Shown: in pieces, positions 25,329 through 34,118 of the stretch
Numbering within the stretch: position 1 is the stretch's first letter
How the letters are laid out: every line of letters starts with the position of its first letter
Origin: an uncultured Schwartzia sp.
GTDB lineage: Bacteria; Bacillota; Negativicutes; Selenomonadales; Selenomonadaceae
Assembly: GCA_905373705.1 (NCBI GenBank)
Contig: CAJPUA010000001.1
Location: forward strand, 1-34,398
Direction of reading: 5' to 3'
Length of the DNA: 34,398 nucleotides
Notes under the pieces: generated by a model
The model's input: only the letters and a program-made list of their open reading frames with translations
Told to the model about the DNA's origin: nothing
Databases searched by the model: none
Program-made: the position numbers and the translations under genes

Positions 25329-26837
25329 TTAGACATCATCTCCAACGCCAAGTCGTTTACTCAATTCCTCTGCTGTAGGGGCCTTCAAAGCCTCTCCAGA
25401 GAGATTAGAAACATGCGTTTCATCATTCTTGCCCTTACTGCCCCTGCCTCCACCTTGCTGTGCCTGGGTTGCTGCACTGGCGTTCTCCATCTTTGACGCA
25501 TTTTGAGCATTTTCAGACACTACGCTTGTTGCATCCGGTGCAGACATGGAACTCTGCTGCCTTACTTCGTCAATAGTTTTTAACTCTCTATGCTTGCTCC
25601 ATACACCGGAAACTTGTCCCTTTACCGCTCCTGACATGTCCGCCTGTGGGCCACGAGTTCGTAGAATCCCGTGATCTGCCAAGTTATTTCTTACACCACG
25701 AAAGACGTTTTGGACTGTAGTGCCAACACCCAAAACAGATTGCCCCAAGAACCCCCCTGCTCCAGACATTGCTGAACGACTGATGCCTCTTCCGCTTTGC
25801 CTTGACATGTGATAGGCATTAGCCGCTGCGCCCGTAGCTGCGGCAGTTCCGGCTACCGTACCGCCAACAACCCGACCTGCACCCATAGCAAACCCACCGC
25901 CAAGAGCAGCTGCGCCACCCCAGCCAGAACGAATCATTGCACTACCATGCCCAATCGCCATGGAGACTCCGGCAATGAGCGTGTCTGCAATCTGGGGGAT
26001 AATTTTTACAATCGCAAGAAAAAATAGGGATTGTCCTATCAAAAGGAAACACATCCGATTAATTGATTCAGACGTAATTTCGGCATCACCTACATGAATG
26101 GTTATGTTCATTGAAATGACGCCAACTTGGACAATGATTGTACATAAGAAAAGTTTGAATCCAATATGAACTAAAGTTTTTATGTAGGAAAGAGCATAGT
26201 TCCTCGTGTACTCAGATCCCCCAAATCCTAAGAGAATCACGCCCAGCGAGGCTACTACATAGTTTTCCAACATAACAATAGCCCAATATCCCGTTGCTGT
26301 CGTAATTGCAAAAATCATGATAACACAAGCAACCAGTGCTGTTATAAATAAGGCAAAACCTGATAATGCACTTGTAGATTGCGCGACATACCCCATCAAC
26401 CTTCTTGCGGCTTCCTCCATCATATAAAGAAGTTCAGAAATCTTTAACCCAGATGAAGCTAGCTGTTCAAAGGATTGAACAATACTCGCTAAAATTGTCC
26501 TATCCGCCAGGAACCAATAGAAGAATCCCCCCATCATGACCTGGCGTACTATCGTCGCAACAACTGCCGCGAAACTCAACGACTCTTGGAGGCAAAGCTG
26601 TATTACAGCCCAAACAAACTGGCACAGGAAGAGTCCAGCGAACAAACCTTTCGCCGCAGTATAAATTTTATCTTCAAAGCTCTTAAACTTCTCGTGAAAA
26701 TCCTTAATCAAAGTATCTGCTGCGGCACCTGTATCTGTAGGGGCAGCACAAGCTGGAATAGTGGAAAAAATAGCCCCAAAGATAAGGCATAATAGCAAAA
26801 AAGCTAAAAGCCGTCGTTGTTTTTTCACGACACACAC
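25329..26837 (-). CDS. trbL: TrbL/VirB6 polytopic T4SS protein
   Basis: 502 aa. Signal-like N-terminus, at least six hydrophobic segments and a Gly/Ala-rich C-terminal tail. Position after trbJ. Confidence 0.75.
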   Translation of the reverse strand: MCVVKKQRRLLAFLLLCLIFGAIFSTIPACAAPTDTGAAADTLIKDFHEKFKSFEDKIYTAAKGLFAGLFLCQFVWAVIQLCLQESLSFAAVVATIVRQVMMGGFFYWFLADRTILASIVQSFEQLASSGLKISELLYMMEEAARRLMGYVAQSTSALSGFALFITALVACVIMIFAITTATGYWAIVMLENYVVASLGVILLGFGGSEYTRNYALSYIKTLVHIGFKLFLCTIIVQVGVISMNITIHVGDAEITSESINRMCFLLIGQSLFFLAIVKIIPQIADTLIAGVSMAIGHGSAMIRSGWGGAAALGGGFAMGAGRVVGGTVAGTAAATGAAANAYHMSRQSGRGISRSAMSGAGGFLGQSVLGVGTTVQNVFRGVRNNLADHGILRTRGPQADMSGAVKGQVSGVWSKHRELKTIDEVRQQSSMSAPDATSVVSENAQNASKMENASAATQAQQGGGRGSKGKNDETHVSNLSGEALKAPTAEELSKRLGVGDDV

Positions 26838-26843
26838 CTCTCA

Positions 26844-27605
26844 CTAGAACGAAAAAGAAAAATCCTCAGCCTGAGATGCTTCCGGCCCAGGCGTCCACTT
26901 TTCCAAGTCCTGACGCATTCTCTCCTGTGCCGCATCTTCAATCGTTCTCTTCCGCTCTGCGTAATCAAGATAGGTCTTCGTCTGTTCAGCCAACAAAGTG
27001 CGGACCTTAATCAGTTCTCCTCCCATGAACCCCAGCAGCTCGTTGCTAGCCTGCATGATTGCATTCCGCCCGGACGCTGAACTGGCGTTATTCGCAAGGT
27101 CCTCCAGGAGTTTTGAACTGTCGTTGATGTCCTCAGCCGAAATCTTCAGGCTTTCAAGGGTTTTCTTCGCTTGTTTCTCCATACCCTTGGAAAGCTCATA
27201 GTATTCCTCCGAGTAATTCTTCAACCATTCCGAATCGGCTCCAGCCAAGCCTTCTTGTAATGAAGAGTAGAAAAGATTGTAAAACTCCTCATCAAGATTG
27301 GATAACCTTCCAAGTACTCCCTGTATCTGGTTGTATGCGCCCATGACTTTATTAACCGTGCCCATGACTGAACCTATCAACCGCTTAGGCAGAGCAAGCG
27401 TGTTTGTAATCATGTCCTGAATCATCTGTATCTGATTGTTGATCTGTTCCGCTAACTGCGACACTTGGGTGATAAGTTCTGCATGGTTCATCAGCTGTGT
27501 ACTCTCCAGTGCTCCACCTGACATACCGCCACCAGCAATGACGCCTCCCACTAAGAGGCCCGTGATGACAGAAAACGCCAAGACAAAAAGAATACCTCGC
27601 TTCAT
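26844..27605 (-). CDS. trbJ: TrbJ/VirB5-like minor pilus/periplasmic protein
   Basis: 253 aa. Signal peptide, then a Gln-rich coiled coil (QLAEQINNQIQMIQDMITNT). Position between trbE and trbL. Confidence 0.7.
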   Translation of the reverse strand: MKRGILFVLAFSVITGLLVGGVIAGGGMSGGALESTQLMNHAELITQVSQLAEQINNQIQMIQDMITNTLALPKRLIGSVMGTVNKVMGAYNQIQGVLGRLSNLDEEFYNLFYSSLQEGLAGADSEWLKNYSEEYYELSKGMEKQAKKTLESLKISAEDINDSSKLLEDLANNASSASGRNAIMQASNELLGFMGGELIKVRTLLAEQTKTYLDYAERKRTIEDAAQERMRQDLEKWTPGPEASQAEDFSFSF

Positions 27606-27624
27606 GATCCTCCCTCCTCCTTCG

Positions 27625-30159
27625 TTACTTTAGAACTTTATCGTGAATTTGCCTCCAAGTTTGCGACCAGTCATCATGCCCACGTTCTCGGAGCCACATC
27701 TCCGGCCACAGTTCTCCCGCCTCATCTTTGAGTTGTCGGATCCGTACCAGGTCCTCTTTCCCGCTTGCGCCCGTGAAGGACAGAGCTACAGGACCTAGCG
27801 CCAAGGAGAATAGACGATGCGCGTTCATTGTCTCGCACGCGTAGTAGTATTCACGCTTCTTTTCTGCGTGGGCGATAATGTCAACCTGTTGCTCGTTCAG
27901 CGCAAGATGTTGGATGTAGAGTTCCTTCATGCTGTCGCTAAGGGCGTTCGGGTTAGGCAAAAGGATGCGTGTTTCGCAACTGTCCAAGACAGCATCCATG
28001 ATCGTTGAGTTCACTATATCGTTAAGGCTTTGCGTAGCCAAAATAACAGCACAGTTGTTCTTGCGGAGCACCTTGAGCCATTCTTTGATCTTTCCTGCAA
28101 AGATAGGGTTACTCAGAGCCAGCCACGCCTCGTCGATGACAATCAGCGATGGCCTACCACTTTGAGCACTCTCATAAGCGCTCAGTATGCGCTTCTCGAT
28201 CTGCTTAAAGATATAGACGAAGACAGGAACGACGATCTTCGCATCCATGTTGAAGAGATGTTCCAACTCAAAGACCGTGGTTTTGGCATAGCGGATGTCG
28301 TTGCTTTTGCCGTCCAACATCTCTCCCGTGTTCCCAAGGCCATAGTAGCTGAAAATCTGCCGCAACTCTTCATCCTGAAGCGTGGCCAAAAAGTCTGTGA
28401 TCGTCCGGCGCTCTGCCGGGTTATCCGCAGAGGCCGTTGAGGCAGCCAGAACCTTGATCGCATCGCTGATAGCTATCCGACGCGCGGGAGTTACCTCCCC
28501 ACCTTGAAGGGCCAGCATGGACTCCAACCACTCGGCGGCGACACCCTGGTCGTTTACCGTGTCAATCTCTGCGAGCGGACACAGGGACAGAGTACTACCT
28601 TCTGCGCCAAGATCGTAATGAACGCTGTCGTGGAGCGCTGCACAGAGAGGGTACATCGAATATCCCTTGTCAAAGCAAAAGATTTGCGCGTTCTTATAGC
28701 GCTCAAACTGTGACACGATGAGTGCCAGAAGTGTCGATTTCCCTGAGCCAGACGGCCCCAGGACGAGGGTGTGTCCCAAGTCAGAAACGTGAATGTTCAA
28801 CCGGAACGGGGTACTCCCGACACTCGTAGCCTGAATAAGGGCAGGTGGGGCTTCATGGAGCCCCTCATGCAGATAGTGTTTTGCTATCTCCGGCGATGGG
28901 TTGAACTGCTCCCCTGCCCATTCTGTGGTCAGCGGAACGATGTCCGTCAGGTTCATCGTGTTGATGTAGGGCTTCCGGACGTTTTCGTACCCGTGTCCTG
29001 GGAGGCTTCCCAGAAACGCCTCCATTGCGTTGATGACCTCGATGCGGGCAGAGAACCCATTACGCTCAAATACCTTCACGACATCGTGTGCAATATGTTC
29101 AGCTTCTTCCTTTGTCCCAGCTCGCGCAACAACGACACTGGTATGCTGGCCATAAGCTACCCAGCCAGCTGTTAGTTCCTCAGTCGCGTTGTCAATGTCG
29201 CCCACCATATGCACTGCATCCTGATTGATTGGGGCACGATCATTCTGCATGATCTGCGCAACAAAACTGCGCACCTTCTGGACCCACTTCTTGCGCTGAG
29301 AGTCCAACATCGCTTGCGCACGGCGGAAGTTGCTGAAGATGCAACGATTGCTCCAACGAATTTCATGTGGCAGGAGTGCGAGCTGCTGCAACATGCCCGG
29401 ATACGTTTCCAATGGATAGCCAAGGATTGAAACAAGGCAGATGTACTGATTCTCCATCTGGAGCGGTGTACTCAAGAGCATATTGCGTCCTAAGAGGATA
29501 TCCAAGAAGTTCGTATTAGAGGGCGTGAGATAGATGGGATGCCAGTGCCCATTCACGATGTAGTTCAGGAGCATCAGGAGTTCATCGTTGCCGCAGAGAG
29601 TATAGTGACCATCCAAAACTTCAGGAACCATCGTTAAACGCTGCATGTGTGTTTCCTGACCGAGAACATCGATTACGTCCGTCACGATGTTTTCCATGTG
29701 CTCAACAACTTGGTCGTCACTCGACAGCGCGTGCCCTGTTTCGCCGTCCGAAACAAAATCTACCACTTTTCTGTAAACGCCACTCTTTTCGATAGCAGGC
29801 GGTAGATAGGTAAAGAACACAAAGTTCATCGTTTCGAAATGGGCGCCCTCCATCTTGTGCTGGGCCTCTCGTTCCAAGTCAATGAGCATATTCGTCGGCT
29901 CTGTGAAGTGGTTTGTGGGGTAGGCGTCAGCCGGCTTTCGGATCATCTCAAAATGCACCATCCAGCCGTTTCCAAGCCTTCGGAGTGCGTTATTCGTCAT
30001 AGCAGCCAAGTGCTCAATCTCCACCTTAGTGGCACTTTCGAAGTCAGGCCCCTTGTACCTGTAACCCATAAGGAATGACCCATTTTTCAGTGCCACCACG
30101 CCGGGTGCCGCCATGTGAGAATATACCAGATAGTCAGAAAACCCCCGTTCCCCCTTCAT
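27625..30159 (-). CDS. trbE: TrbE/VirB4 T4SS ATPase
   Basis: 844 aa. Walker A LGPSGSGKSTLLALIV. Walker B PSLIVIDEAW. Confidence 0.9.
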   Translation of the reverse strand: MKGERGFSDYLVYSHMAAPGVVALKNGSFLMGYRYKGPDFESATKVEIEHLAAMTNNALRRLGNGWMVHFEMIRKPADAYPTNHFTEPTNMLIDLEREAQHKMEGAHFETMNFVFFTYLPPAIEKSGVYRKVVDFVSDGETGHALSSDDQVVEHMENIVTDVIDVLGQETHMQRLTMVPEVLDGHYTLCGNDELLMLLNYIVNGHWHPIYLTPSNTNFLDILLGRNMLLSTPLQMENQYICLVSILGYPLETYPGMLQQLALLPHEIRWSNRCIFSNFRRAQAMLDSQRKKWVQKVRSFVAQIMQNDRAPINQDAVHMVGDIDNATEELTAGWVAYGQHTSVVVARAGTKEEAEHIAHDVVKVFERNGFSARIEVINAMEAFLGSLPGHGYENVRKPYINTMNLTDIVPLTTEWAGEQFNPSPEIAKHYLHEGLHEAPPALIQATSVGSTPFRLNIHVSDLGHTLVLGPSGSGKSTLLALIVSQFERYKNAQIFCFDKGYSMYPLCAALHDSVHYDLGAEGSTLSLCPLAEIDTVNDQGVAAEWLESMLALQGGEVTPARRIAISDAIKVLAASTASADNPAERRTITDFLATLQDEELRQIFSYYGLGNTGEMLDGKSNDIRYAKTTVFELEHLFNMDAKIVVPVFVYIFKQIEKRILSAYESAQSGRPSLIVIDEAWLALSNPIFAGKIKEWLKVLRKNNCAVILATQSLNDIVNSTIMDAVLDSCETRILLPNPNALSDSMKELYIQHLALNEQQVDIIAHAEKKREYYYACETMNAHRLFSLALGPVALSFTGASGKEDLVRIRQLKDEAGELWPEMWLRERGHDDWSQTWRQIHDKVLK

Positions 30160-30177
30160 CCCAACCCCTCCACTAAT

Positions 30178-30504
30178 CTAATCCCATCGCTTGTGCTGAA
30201 CAGCCCTCAAACTTCCCAGTTTCCCAGAAGCGGGAAGAAAAACCTGCAGATATCGAATCGTTCTCAAGACAATCCATTTGAAATGAGCATCGTAGATCGC
30301 AAGTTTAGCTAGTATTGGGATTCCCACCAACCAGAGAACAATCGCCAAGATCACATTACGCCAATACATGTTCATGATGCCAGACATAGCCAAAAGCCCA
30401 CAGAATAGCCCCAACACAAAAAACAACTCCCTGTCACACCCCGCCAAAAGTTGGTGCCGCGTCAGGCTACGATGAACAGGGACTTTGCGAAGGTCCTGAA
30501 TCAT
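30178..30504 (-). CDS. trbD: TrbD/VirB3 small T4SS membrane protein
   Basis: 108 aa from ATG 30504, which shares one nucleotide with the trbC stop (TGATG). The formal ORF extends to 30594, inside trbC. Two hydrophobic helices. Position before trbE. Confidence 0.7.
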   Translation of the reverse strand: MIQDLRKVPVHRSLTRHQLLAGCDRELFFVLGLFCGLLAMSGIMNMYWRNVILAIVLWLVGIPILAKLAIYDAHFKWIVLRTIRYLQVFLPASGKLGSLRAVQHKRWD

Positions 30505-30872
30505 CAGATCAAAGCTCCAGTGACACCAAGCATATTGATCAGATTTGCAGCACCTCCAAGAGTTCCGGCTGCCAGACACGCAAAAGCAACCCACCGCGCC
30601 CAGCCAGCCAGATCGCCTCCGAACATCAGGACGCCCACACCAACAACCACCATGATCAGGGAAAGAGCTTTGGCCACAGGCCCAGTGAGGGAGGCTGCAA
30701 GACCAGTCAACGCTTTCTCCCAGGGAAGAGCACCAAGCGACGCTCCTGTTCCTGTTGCCTCAACGATATTCACGCAATAGAACAAAACTGTCGTAACAAA
30801 CAGAAAGCCCAATACAAAAAACAGAACCCGCCGTTTTTCCTGTGTCATAACCATCTTCAATGACCTCCTCAT
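30504..30872 (-). CDS. trbC: TrbC/VirB2 pilin precursor
   Basis: 122 aa (ATGA overlap with trbB), or 116 aa from ATG 30854, which has AGGAGG 9 nt upstream. Long leader, two hydrophobic helices (LTGPVAKALSLIMVVVGVGVLMF, WVAFACLAAGTLGGAANLI) and a short C-terminal tail, as in cyclised P-type pilins. Confidence 0.75.
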   Translation of the reverse strand: MRRSLKMVMTQEKRRVLFFVLGFLFVTTVLFYCVNIVEATGTGASLGALPWEKALTGLAASLTGPVAKALSLIMVVVGVGVLMFGGDLAGWARWVAFACLAAGTLGGAANLINMLGVTGALI

Positions 30873-31852
30873 GTTTGAACGTTCCTACACACATAGTCGC
30901 CATCCGAAACGCCATCAACTTCCATGATCTCTGCCACGATTGGGCCAATCTGTGCCATACGTTTCAAGAAGACAACCACATCTAGCGCCTCTCCGATGAG
31001 CTCTTTCATCGGGGTCTTAGACACCTCGGAGATCAACTGCTCCATACGAATCAACGAACTTCTAGCGCTGTTTGCATGGATAGTGCATATCCCTCCGGGA
31101 TGTCCTGTGTTCCAGCTCTTCAACAGATCAAGTGCCTCTCCGCCTCTAACCTCCCCTACTATGATTCTGTCCGGCCTCAACCTCAATGAGGCTCGAACAA
31201 GCTTCTGCATTGTGGTGTTGCTCTTTGTGTCCGTTCGCATTTGAAATACATTAGGCATATTGCATTGAAGTTCAACTGTATCTTCGAGAATTAGCACCCT
31301 ATCATCTTCTCGATACCTCACGAGGGCATCCAGAATAGCGTTTACAAAAGTAGTCTTCCCGGAGCCTGTACCTCCGGAAATCAAGATGTTTTTTCGTGTT
31401 TCAATGGCGTCCTGTAAGAAGCTCCAACCTTTTTGCGATATACGCCCTTCCTCGATGTAACGCTCGATGGGAAACACTGCAGAAGAGTGTTTCCGGATAG
31501 ACATCGAGGCAGACCGTACGATCGGTGGGATGACCCCCTCCACCCGCGAGCCATCTAAAGGCAACTCCCCCTCCAAAATAGGAGAAGCCTTGTTTAGCTC
31601 TGTCCTGAGCATTGCCGCAACAGTACCTAATGCTGCCAAAAGACGCTCAGGCAATATCTTCTGCCCTGTATTCTCCATTCCGATGCTGAGGCGATCGAGC
31701 CAGATACACCCGTCCGGGTTTACCATGATCTCTATAACCTCTTTATCATCCAGTGCATTGCAAATAACGCTACCAAGCTCATGGCGGAGTTTATCCATGT
31801 TGCGTCGGAGCGTTTCCTCTGCAGCAAACTGTTGCGCGTCATGTGGCAGCAA
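30869..31852 (-). CDS. trbB: TrbB/VirB11 T4SS hexameric ATPase
   Basis: 327 aa with a TTG start 8 nt after AAGGGGA. Walker A ISGGTGSGKTT. Asp/Glu boxes. His box NTGHPGGICTIHANS. Confidence 0.9.
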   Translation of the reverse strand: MLPHDAQQFAAEETLRRNMDKLRHELGSVICNALDDKEVIEIMVNPDGCIWLDRLSIGMENTGQKILPERLLAALGTVAAMLRTELNKASPILEGELPLDGSRVEGVIPPIVRSASMSIRKHSSAVFPIERYIEEGRISQKGWSFLQDAIETRKNILISGGTGSGKTTFVNAILDALVRYREDDRVLILEDTVELQCNMPNVFQMRTDTKSNTTMQKLVRASLRLRPDRIIVGEVRGGEALDLLKSWNTGHPGGICTIHANSARSSLIRMEQLISEVSKTPMKELIGEALDVVVFLKRMAQIGPIVAEIMEVDGVSDGDYVCRNVQT

Positions 31853-31919
31853 ACGATCATCCCCTTGCCAAGCTCACAGAAAATATTCTATTACACTTTT
31901 TATTCAATTTTGAATTTTT

Positions 31920-31928
31920 TGGTATAAT
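31920..31928 (+). promoter_or_regulatory. Extended -10 promoter element on the plus strand (TGGTATAAT)
   Basis: TG at 31920-31921 followed by TATAAT at 31923-31928. It is divergent from the trbB operon start region. Confidence 0.4.
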
Positions 31929-31967
31929 TTTCTTTTTTTACGAAGAGATTTCTTTCCTAAAGAAAAA
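31926..31967. promoter_or_regulatory. Operator-like sites related to the 4026-4088 dyad
   Basis: AATTTTCTTTT (31926-31936) and AGATTTCTTTC about 21 bp further on. Palindrome TTTCTTT-CCT-AAAGAAA at 31949-31965. Same half-site family as upstream of mobC. Confidence 0.45.
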
Positions 31968-32049
31968 CGTTCCTAAAAACGAGTTCCTGTGATAGAATGA
32001 AAGTAAAGAAGCTTCGTATTCAAAAAGTAATCTTTTTAGAACGGTAAGC

Positions 32050-32086
32050 GCTCCTACTAAATCAGTCTAGGAGCCTGTTTCTTTTG
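32050..32086 (+). terminator. Plus-strand intrinsic terminator
   Basis: GCTCCTA (32050-32056), an 11-nt loop, TAGGAGC (32068-32074), followed by CTGTTTCTTTTG. Confidence 0.5.
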
Positions 32087-32129
32087 TATCATGCCGTGTC
32101 ACGAGGATTCAAAGCCAAGCCTTAACTCT

Positions 32130-32197
32130 CGTTACGACAGGGCGACGGGAAAGCCCACGACTTTAGTCATGGGCTTTCCCGTCGCCCTGTCGTAACG
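32130..32197. repeat. Perfect 28-bp inverted repeat (68-nt hairpin/cruciform)
   Basis: The left arm CGTTACGACAGGGCGACGGGAAAGCCCA (32130-32157) is the exact reverse complement of 32170-32197. The 12-nt spacer can add 3-4 further pairs (GACT/AGTC). Confidence 0.9.
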
Positions 32198-32249
32198 CCC
32201 TTGCGGACATCATCAGAGGTAGAATTAGATATCTTAGGTCACCTCTTTT

Positions 32250-32274
32250 AGAGAGTATCTATTATATACTATCT
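32250..32274. repeat. Pair of AGATA[C/G]TATCT-type boxes downstream of the par operon
   Basis: AGAGAGTATCT (32250-32260) and ATATACTATCT (32264-32274), each matching 10 of 11 positions. A centre-less AGATATCT lies at 32227-32234. Confidence 0.6.
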
Positions 32275-32283
32275 TTAAGATAC

Positions 32284-32703
32284 TTATTTTAAGATGCTTA
32301 CCGAAACACAGTGTTCTTTAGGTTTAGATACATATCTTATGTACCCATACTTTTCCAAGTAAGGGATTATACGCAATACAGCGGACCTGTTCATACCAAT
32401 ACTGTCTAATACACGCTGGAGAATGATATCTCCTTCCGATTCTTCTCCCAGTGCAACCTTTAAGCCATTAAAAACTCTTCGATGCTCTGCTGGCATAATC
32501 CCTTCCGCATAGGCTCGATCACTTCGTGAGCCACGTGGTGCGCCTTTAGGTTTAGGTTTGAAGTCTGAAACGGATACTTGTGAACCTGTTTCAGCATCAT
32601 AGTTATTTAATACTATCTTCGAGATAGTATCTTTATTGTCTCTATGCTCCTGAAGTCTACGTTCCATCAAAGCCTCGGCGTTATTTTTCCCAAAACCTGG
32701 CAT
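32284..32703 (-). CDS. Small DNA-binding protein downstream of parA (candidate centromere-binding/ParB-analogue with a C-terminal winged-helix-like region)
   Basis: 139 aa. It starts 12 nt after the parA stop. Basic middle region. The C-terminal LQRVLDSIGMNRSAVLRIIPYLEKYGYIRYV looks like a winged HTH. Function is inferred from position only. Confidence 0.5.
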   Translation of the reverse strand: MPGFGKNNAEALMERRLQEHRDNKDTISKIVLNNYDAETGSQVSVSDFKPKPKGAPRGSRSDRAYAEGIMPAEHRRVFNGLKVALGEESEGDIILQRVLDSIGMNRSAVLRIIPYLEKYGYIRYVSKPKEHCVSVSILK

Positions 32704-32715
32704 GTTAATCCCTCC

Positions 32716-33390
32716 CTATGCCATCTTCCAAGTTGTTTCCAAATCATCTGCCAAAAGGCGTTTCCATGCAGTCCAAACCTTCGAATAAAATGTTAAAAAA
32801 GGTTGCCGCTGTCTTGCGTCCATACCGCTCCACCACGGACGCCCTTCAATAATGTTGTTGATGATATGCTCATTGCGCGGCCATCGTCCTGCTATAGGAT
32901 ACTGTTTATTAGATAGTATCTGTTCAATATCCTTTACAGTACGAGTTGTTCCAAAACTGTTCTTGATTACTGCTACTTGTGCCGGGTATTTCCCCTGGGC
33001 CACGGCAAAATCGTAAACAACCGGTAAATTGGAAATACTAAAGAGGTCGCCTAACGTCGGTACAAGTACAATATCAGCAAACGAAATCGCTTCCTCTGTA
33101 ACCTGATCTAGTGCAACAGGGCAGTCTATAACAAAAAGATCAAAGTCCAAGTCCGCATCTCCCTTATCTAAGCGGTCTTTGATCTCAGGTTTTATTTTGA
33201 AGTTATATTTGTCCCTTACCAAATCCATTGCATCAAAGAAGTTTTTTTGATCGTCCACATCAACACACAACACGCGCATCCCACGTTCTGCAGCAGTTTG
33301 AGCCATGATGATCGAAGCTGTAGTCTTGCCAACTCCGCCCTTCCTGTTGATGCAGCATACCGCTAGTTTTTCCATGTTTTTCACCGCCAT
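32716..33390 (-). CDS. parA: ParA-family partition ATPase
   Basis: 224 aa (alternative start ATG 33375, MEKLAV...). Deviant Walker A CINRKGGVGKTT. VLCVDVDDQ and LFVIDCP motifs. Confidence 0.85.
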   Translation of the reverse strand: MAVKNMEKLAVCCINRKGGVGKTTASIIMAQTAAERGMRVLCVDVDDQKNFFDAMDLVRDKYNFKIKPEIKDRLDKGDADLDFDLFVIDCPVALDQVTEEAISFADIVLVPTLGDLFSISNLPVVYDFAVAQGKYPAQVAVIKNSFGTTRTVKDIEQILSNKQYPIAGRWPRNEHIINNIIEGRPWWSGMDARQRQPFLTFYSKVWTAWKRLLADDLETTWKMA

Positions 33391-33423
33391 TTCAAAAGAT
33401 AATGTTTAATATGTAATGTTTAC

Positions 33424-33465
33424 TAGATACTATCTATAAACATCATAATTAAAAGATAGTATCTG
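33424..33465. promoter_or_regulatory. Two perfect palindromic boxes in the parA promoter/leader (candidate operator or centromere site)
   Basis: AGATACTATCT (33425-33435) and AGATAGTATCT (33454-33464). They lie downstream of a minus-strand TATAAT (plus-strand ATTATA at about 33478-33483) and upstream of the parA start. Confidence 0.6.
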
Positions 33466-33493
33466 TTTAATACTGATTATTATAACCTGCTTG

Positions 33494-33745
33494 TTAAACA
33501 TTGTCAACGTGGCTTAAGTCATCGGGAGATATGCCGGCCTCCCGCAGAATATCTTTTATCCCCAACTGTTTAGGACGCCCTGGTTGACCGGGTGTATAGC
33601 TCTGGATGGAGCTTTCTGGGATTGTCCAGGTTTTTCCGATTTTTTGGGCACCTGGGAAGCGCCCGCCTGTACAAAGTACTGCGACACGGCGGCTAGAAAT
33701 CCCCAGTACCTTCGCTGCTTCCGTGGTCGAATACAGTTTTTCCAT
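33494..33745 (-). CDS. Excisionase/MerR-type helix-turn-helix DNA-binding protein
   Basis: 83 aa. YSTTEAAKVLGISSRRVAVLCTGGRFPGAQKIGKTWTIPESSI fits the excisionase-family HTH pattern. AAGGAGAGAGG RBS. Confidence 0.7.
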   Translation of the reverse strand: MEKLYSTTEAAKVLGISSRRVAVLCTGGRFPGAQKIGKTWTIPESSIQSYTPGQPGRPKQLGIKDILREAGISPDDLSHVDNV

Positions 33746-33767
33746 ATCCTTGCGCCTCTCTCCTTTA

Positions 33768-33780
33768 TAGATACTATCTA
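33768..33780. promoter_or_regulatory. Palindromic box overlapping the HTH gene promoter/RBS region
   Basis: TAGATACTATCTA (13-bp palindrome) lies 23 nt upstream of the start codon. Two 9-of-11 copies are at 33836-33846 and 33850-33860. Confidence 0.55.
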
Positions 33781-34118
33781 TTAAACGCTGTTTATAAGAC
33801 CTTATTAAGAACAGACGTAATAAAGGATATTTATTGTGTAGTATCTATATAATACTATCTATTAAATGCCTATAGCAGATTATCTACTCACAGATTTAAA
33901 TTTAAGTACTGGAAGTTAAGAGCAACGCTTTTGAAGATAAATGCGTAGAGGGGTCTAGGAGCTCCATAGAAAGCATTAGCTATATTGAGGTATGGCTAGT
34001 GTATTTTCAGGTTGTTCTGAGGCGTCTGTAGTCCCTTAGAGATGAAGTAATGAGATAGGCTGAGCTTTGATATTGTGATCAAGTGATCTCTGAGCGATCA
34101 AAAGCCTGTTGTTTCTGA

